Shown: positions 54,775 to 57,885 of the stretch, piece after piece
How positions within the stretch are numbered: the first letter of the stretch is position 1
Layout: each line of letters opens with the position of its first letter
Source: a virus
Taxonomy: Duplodnaviria; Caudoviricetes
Length of the DNA stretch: 57,885 bases
Virus record (IMG/VR): IMGVR_UViG_3300036900_000090
Location: 1-57,885 of that record
Strand: one strand, 5' to 3'
Made by a program: the position numbers and the translations under genes
The notes under the pieces: model-generated
What the model saw: only the letters and a program-made list of their open reading frames with translations
What the model was told of the DNA's origin: nothing
Databases searched by the model: none

Positions 54775-55350
54775 GTGCCGCTGGATCAATCAGCGGGCGA
54801 TGTGCCCGCCCTGCGTTCTATTGCCGCGATCCAGCACGGCGTCATCGCGCTCGACCTGAGCAGCACCGTCGGCTGGGCCTATGCGCCGCTCGATGCGCTG
54901 CGCCCGATCACCGGCACCTGGCATCTGCCGTTCGTCGGCGGCGAGGGCGCCCGGTATGCGGCGTTCGAGAACGAGCTGGCCGCCGCGATGGACCGCTGGC
55001 AGCCGAGCAAGATGGTGCTGGAGGCGCCGCTGCCGCTGCCGGCGATGAACAACTGGCGCACCGCCTGCCAGCAGTTCGGTCTCCGGGCGATCGCCTTCTC
55101 GGAAGGCTGGCGGGCGAGCTGCGCCGTGTCCGAGGTCGATGTCCACACCGCGCGCGCCGAGGTCATGGGCCAGCGCCGGCTCGGCAAGGACGTGGTCAAG
55201 CGCGAGGTAACGCGGTTCTGCCTGGGCCGCGGCATCAAGGTGAACAGCCACCACGCGGGCGACGCGGCGGTGGTGTGGATTTGGCACCAGCAACGGCTTC
55301 GCGGGATTCCGCCGTGCGCCGGGCCGCTCTGGCGGGGGGCAATGCAATGA
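54775..55350 (+). CDS. RuvC-like Holliday junction resolvase
   Basis: IALDLSS.VGWA, VLEAP, K..V, HHAGDA. Confidence 0.8.
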   Translation: MPLDQSAGDVPALRSIAAIQHGVIALDLSSTVGWAYAPLDALRPITGTWHLPFVGGEGARYAAFENELAAAMDRWQPSKMVLEAPLPLPAMNNWRTACQQFGLRAIAFSEGWRASCAVSEVDVHTARAEVMGQRRLGKDVVKREVTRFCLGRGIKVNSHHAGDAAVVWIWHQQRLRGIPPCAGPLWRGAMQ

Positions 55351-56426
55351 GCGCTGCAACGCGCAAGGTGACGGCGATTCCTCGCATGGTCACTGCGAGA
55401 GTGAGCACCGACGATCTAAGTCGGCACCCCGAATCTCAGATACGCGCCGAACCCGATCCGTCTTTGATCGCCGAATATGCCGAGGCGATGATCGAAGGCG
55501 CCGAGTTTCCGCCGGTGGTGATCTACCAGGATCAGGATGGCACGAAGTACCTCGCCGACGGTCACCATCGGGTCGATGCTGCTGCGCTGGCGGCGCTGAA
55601 GGACTCACGCCGCCGGGCAGAGGTCTTGGCAGAGATCAGGCCAGGCACGCTGCAAGATGCACTGCGACACGCCCTGCAGGCGAACACGTTGCACGGCAAA
55701 CGGCTTTCCCAGGCCGACTACCGGCGCGCAATACGGATGGCGTTCGACAACGGCCTTGTGACGGTCGAGCGTGCTGCAGACATCGTGCCGGCCCTCGTCA
55801 CGCTCACCGGATGCAGCGTTCGCACCGCGCAGGAGAACTCCATCGCCGAGCGTCGTGCGATGATCTCGAAGCGCGACCGGATGATCTGGGCGATGCACCG
55901 CGAGGGCCGGAGCCAGGAGGCGATCGGCGCCGAGCTAGATGTTGATCACAGTACTGTCTCGCGGGTGATCGATCGTGTGCAGAACCGCGATGCCGCGGAA
56001 ACGCACAAAGCCCTGCGCCCCAAGCCGCCCAAGGCGTGGCCCGAGCAGGAGACGCCTGCCGAACCGATCGCGGCCGAGGCGCCGCCGGTCGAGGATGCGC
56101 CCCGATATCGGGTGGATGTCGGACCGTACCTGCCGTTGCTGGCGCGTCTGGCGCCACTCGCGGTCGATGATGAGGACAGCGGCACGGTCGGCGTATTGCC
56201 CGACGTCCCCGACACTGAGGATGACGGCGAGGACGATCCGCGCGCGGTCAAGGCGTTGGAGACGATCGATCGGACCCTGACGACGGCGCTCGACCGCCTC
56301 GACAACCTCGCAGGCCTTCGCCAGCCGTTCCGTCCGAAAGCGGCTGAAGCCGCGCTCGCCAAGATCGAGCGGGCACAGGATTTCCTCGACGAACTCCGGG
56401 CACACATCGAAGGAGAATCAGCGTGA
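55347..56426 (+). CDS. ParB/Srx-like N-terminal domain + HTH protein
   Basis: FPPVVIY..YLADGHHRV.A..AN..HG..LS; SQEAIGAELDVDHSTVSR. Confidence 0.8.
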   Translation: MSAATRKVTAIPRMVTARVSTDDLSRHPESQIRAEPDPSLIAEYAEAMIEGAEFPPVVIYQDQDGTKYLADGHHRVDAAALAALKDSRRRAEVLAEIRPGTLQDALRHALQANTLHGKRLSQADYRRAIRMAFDNGLVTVERAADIVPALVTLTGCSVRTAQENSIAERRAMISKRDRMIWAMHREGRSQEAIGAELDVDHSTVSRVIDRVQNRDAAETHKALRPKPPKAWPEQETPAEPIAAEAPPVEDAPRYRVDVGPYLPLLARLAPLAVDDEDSGTVGVLPDVPDTEDDGEDDPRAVKALETIDRTLTTALDRLDNLAGLRQPFRPKAAEAALAKIERAQDFLDELRAHIEGESA

Positions 56427-56926
56427 GCGAGACAGTCGGCACCGATGACCGAACGGAATCCCAGCGGCGGCAGAACCGGACGGCTTATCTCGATCCCTGG
56501 CGCGAGGTGGCGCGGGGCTGGGTAGGCGATGCGCAGAAGATGACCAAAGAGGCCATCCAGACGGTCATCAGCAAGACCATTGCTTGGCTCGACGACGACG
56601 AGGTGCCGGAGGACGACCGCAAAGCAGTCAAGCTGCACTCGATCGGCCTCATGGCACGCGAGCAGGCGCCGCATCTCCTCCCGAAGATCACCGCCCGTCC
56701 CGGCGCCGACGCCAATCAGCACGAACTGCTGCTGCTGAACGAGGTGTACTCGACCGACGAGGGGACGAAGGTGCGTCTGGGTTCGATGACGCCGAGCCAG
56801 GCCGAGAGCATCGTGAAGGCAGAGCTGTTCGGCCAGATCAAGGAAATCCGCGACAAATGGCGGTCGATTGAGAAAATCATCAAGCGCTGCCGCCACCGCA
56901 ACCGCCCGATCATCGATCAGCTATGA
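56423..56926 (+). CDS. Hypothetical protein
   Basis: GGAG RBS; GTGA coupled. Confidence 0.65.
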   Translation: MSETVGTDDRTESQRRQNRTAYLDPWREVARGWVGDAQKMTKEAIQTVISKTIAWLDDDEVPEDDRKAVKLHSIGLMAREQAPHLLPKITARPGADANQHELLLLNEVYSTDEGTKVRLGSMTPSQAESIVKAELFGQIKEIRDKWRSIEKIIKRCRHRNRPIIDQL

Positions 56927-57663
56927 CGCCACGGCGGCCGAGTCGCGTAGGAATCACGATCGACGAGGCCGTGGCTGTGACGGCCGGGCAGGGCGCGGCT
57001 GCGCGTAGGGCGTTGAAACCCGAGGCTTTTCAGGCACTTGCCGGCCGCTATGCCGCGCGCGTTTGCTGCGCGCGTTTGCGCGAATCATCAGGACGCATTA
57101 GCGTGATTGCGTCGTGCAAACGACAAACGCCCCGCTCCGAGATGGGGCGGGGCGTCCGTATGGTTCAACAACCGCTCGGGTTGCGAAGCTCCTGGCAGAG
57201 CGAATTTCGCAGACCCCGGGCGGCAATGCAAGAGGCTGCCCGAGTGACTGAGAAAGATAGACTAGGCCGCGTGGCAACATCTGCGCCGGTCAATCAGACC
57301 GCCGCACGAGTGCTCTCCAAGGGAACACATTGGGAGCCAGGTCTTCCAGTGGGGGGAGCGCGAATCTGGCAGGATACGCCTCTGCCAGTTCTTCCCAGAC
57401 CAACAAGGGGAAATCCAGATCTCCTTAAGGATGGATTTCGCGTCTGCCGTCTGACCGTCATCGGTTACGGAGGGTCATCAGATTCCCGCGGCGCACGATG
57501 GGTCGTCCGGTGCGATTGTGGGTCCTATGGCTACCAACGCAGCAAGTTCCTGCGATCCGAAAATGCCCGAACGTTCGGGATGTGTCCGCGCTGTCAGTAC
57601 GTGCAGGACCTCAAGACCGGCAGACGATATTGGGAAAAGCCCAGGGCGGAGGGCGGGGCATGA
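56923..57663 (+). CDS. Zn-binding protein resembling the N-terminal module of phage homing endonucleases (true start probably downstream)
   Basis: RLTVIGY..W.VRCDCG..CPRC; atypical codon usage. Confidence 0.5.
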   Translation: MTPRRPSRVGITIDEAVAVTAGQGAAARRALKPEAFQALAGRYAARVCCARLRESSGRISVIASCKRQTPRSEMGRGVRMVQQPLGLRSSWQSEFRRPRAAMQEAARVTEKDRLGRVATSAPVNQTAARVLSKGTHWEPGLPVGGARIWQDTPLPVLPRPTRGNPDLLKDGFRVCRLTVIGYGGSSDSRGARWVVRCDCGSYGYQRSKFLRSENARTFGMCPRCQYVQDLKTGRRYWEKPRAEGGA

Positions 57664-57885
57664 GCTGCAAGAAGATCAGCGGCGCCTTCGCAGCCATGCG
57701 CGCCATGATGACGCCGGATACCGGGGTGCCAGAGGAAAGGCTGACCACGGCGGATCGTGCGATCTACGCCCTCATCGTGTTCCGCGCCAACGGCGATCGG
57801 GCCTGCTACAAATCGCACGACGAGATCATGGCCGACCTGCCCAGCATCAAAACGCGGCAGACGGTCAGCGCCTCGGTGCAGAAGC
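57660..57885 (+). CDS. Probable replication initiator, N-terminal wHTH (3' truncated)
   Basis: ATGA coupled; LTTADRAIYALIVFRANG..CYKSHDEI..TRQTV is HTH_36-like. Confidence 0.55.
   Translation, partial: MSCKKISGAFAAMRAMMTPDTGVPEERLTTADRAIYALIVFRANGDRACYKSHDEIMADLPSIKTRQTVSASVQK

Noticed and set aside
1-57885. tRNA, rRNA or IS elements
   Set aside because: None recognised by eye, and the window is almost fully coding; tRNAscan and Infernal were not run.

Overview
GC-rich, mostly complete tailed-phage (myovirus) genome segment, probably temperate and probably infecting an alphaproteobacterium (it carries gcrA-like and GapR-like genes). Positions 1-40.1 kb are a rightward late operon with Bcep781/AP22-like architecture: terminase end, DUF1073-type portal, MuF, DUF2213 protease/scaffold, DUF2184 capsid, DUF3383 sheath, frameshifted tail chaperone, tape measure, baseplate, several fibres and lysis genes, closed by an intrinsic terminator. 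Positions 40.2-53.4 kb are a leftward early region (small ORFs, HNH-like endonuclease, GcrA, ParB, RecT, CI). From 53.5 kb to the end is a rightward cro/RuvC/ParB-like/replication region. No integrase is visible. The standout is a candidate capsid-loaded effector system in the head module. The portal carries a C-terminal R-S-E ADP-ribosyltransferase, and a separate 806-aa polyprotein carries Nudix, PI3/4K/HipA-like kinase and topoisomerase IB domains. Each cargo block is preceded by the same peptide, A-x-D-A-x(1-2)-[WF]-x-E-x-x-HPR-x-DDGKFGSGGG, which begins with the A-x-D motif also found at the likely maturation sites of the capsid, portal, MuF and scaffold. Other notable signals are four GGGAAC triads with conserved 13 and 21-22 bp spacing near an RHH gene, dif-like palindromes between early genes, an 18-bp duplication flanking the endonuclease gene, and a displaced gp25-like wedge domain fused to a fibre-like protein. 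All family assignments come from reading motifs by eye; no searches were run.
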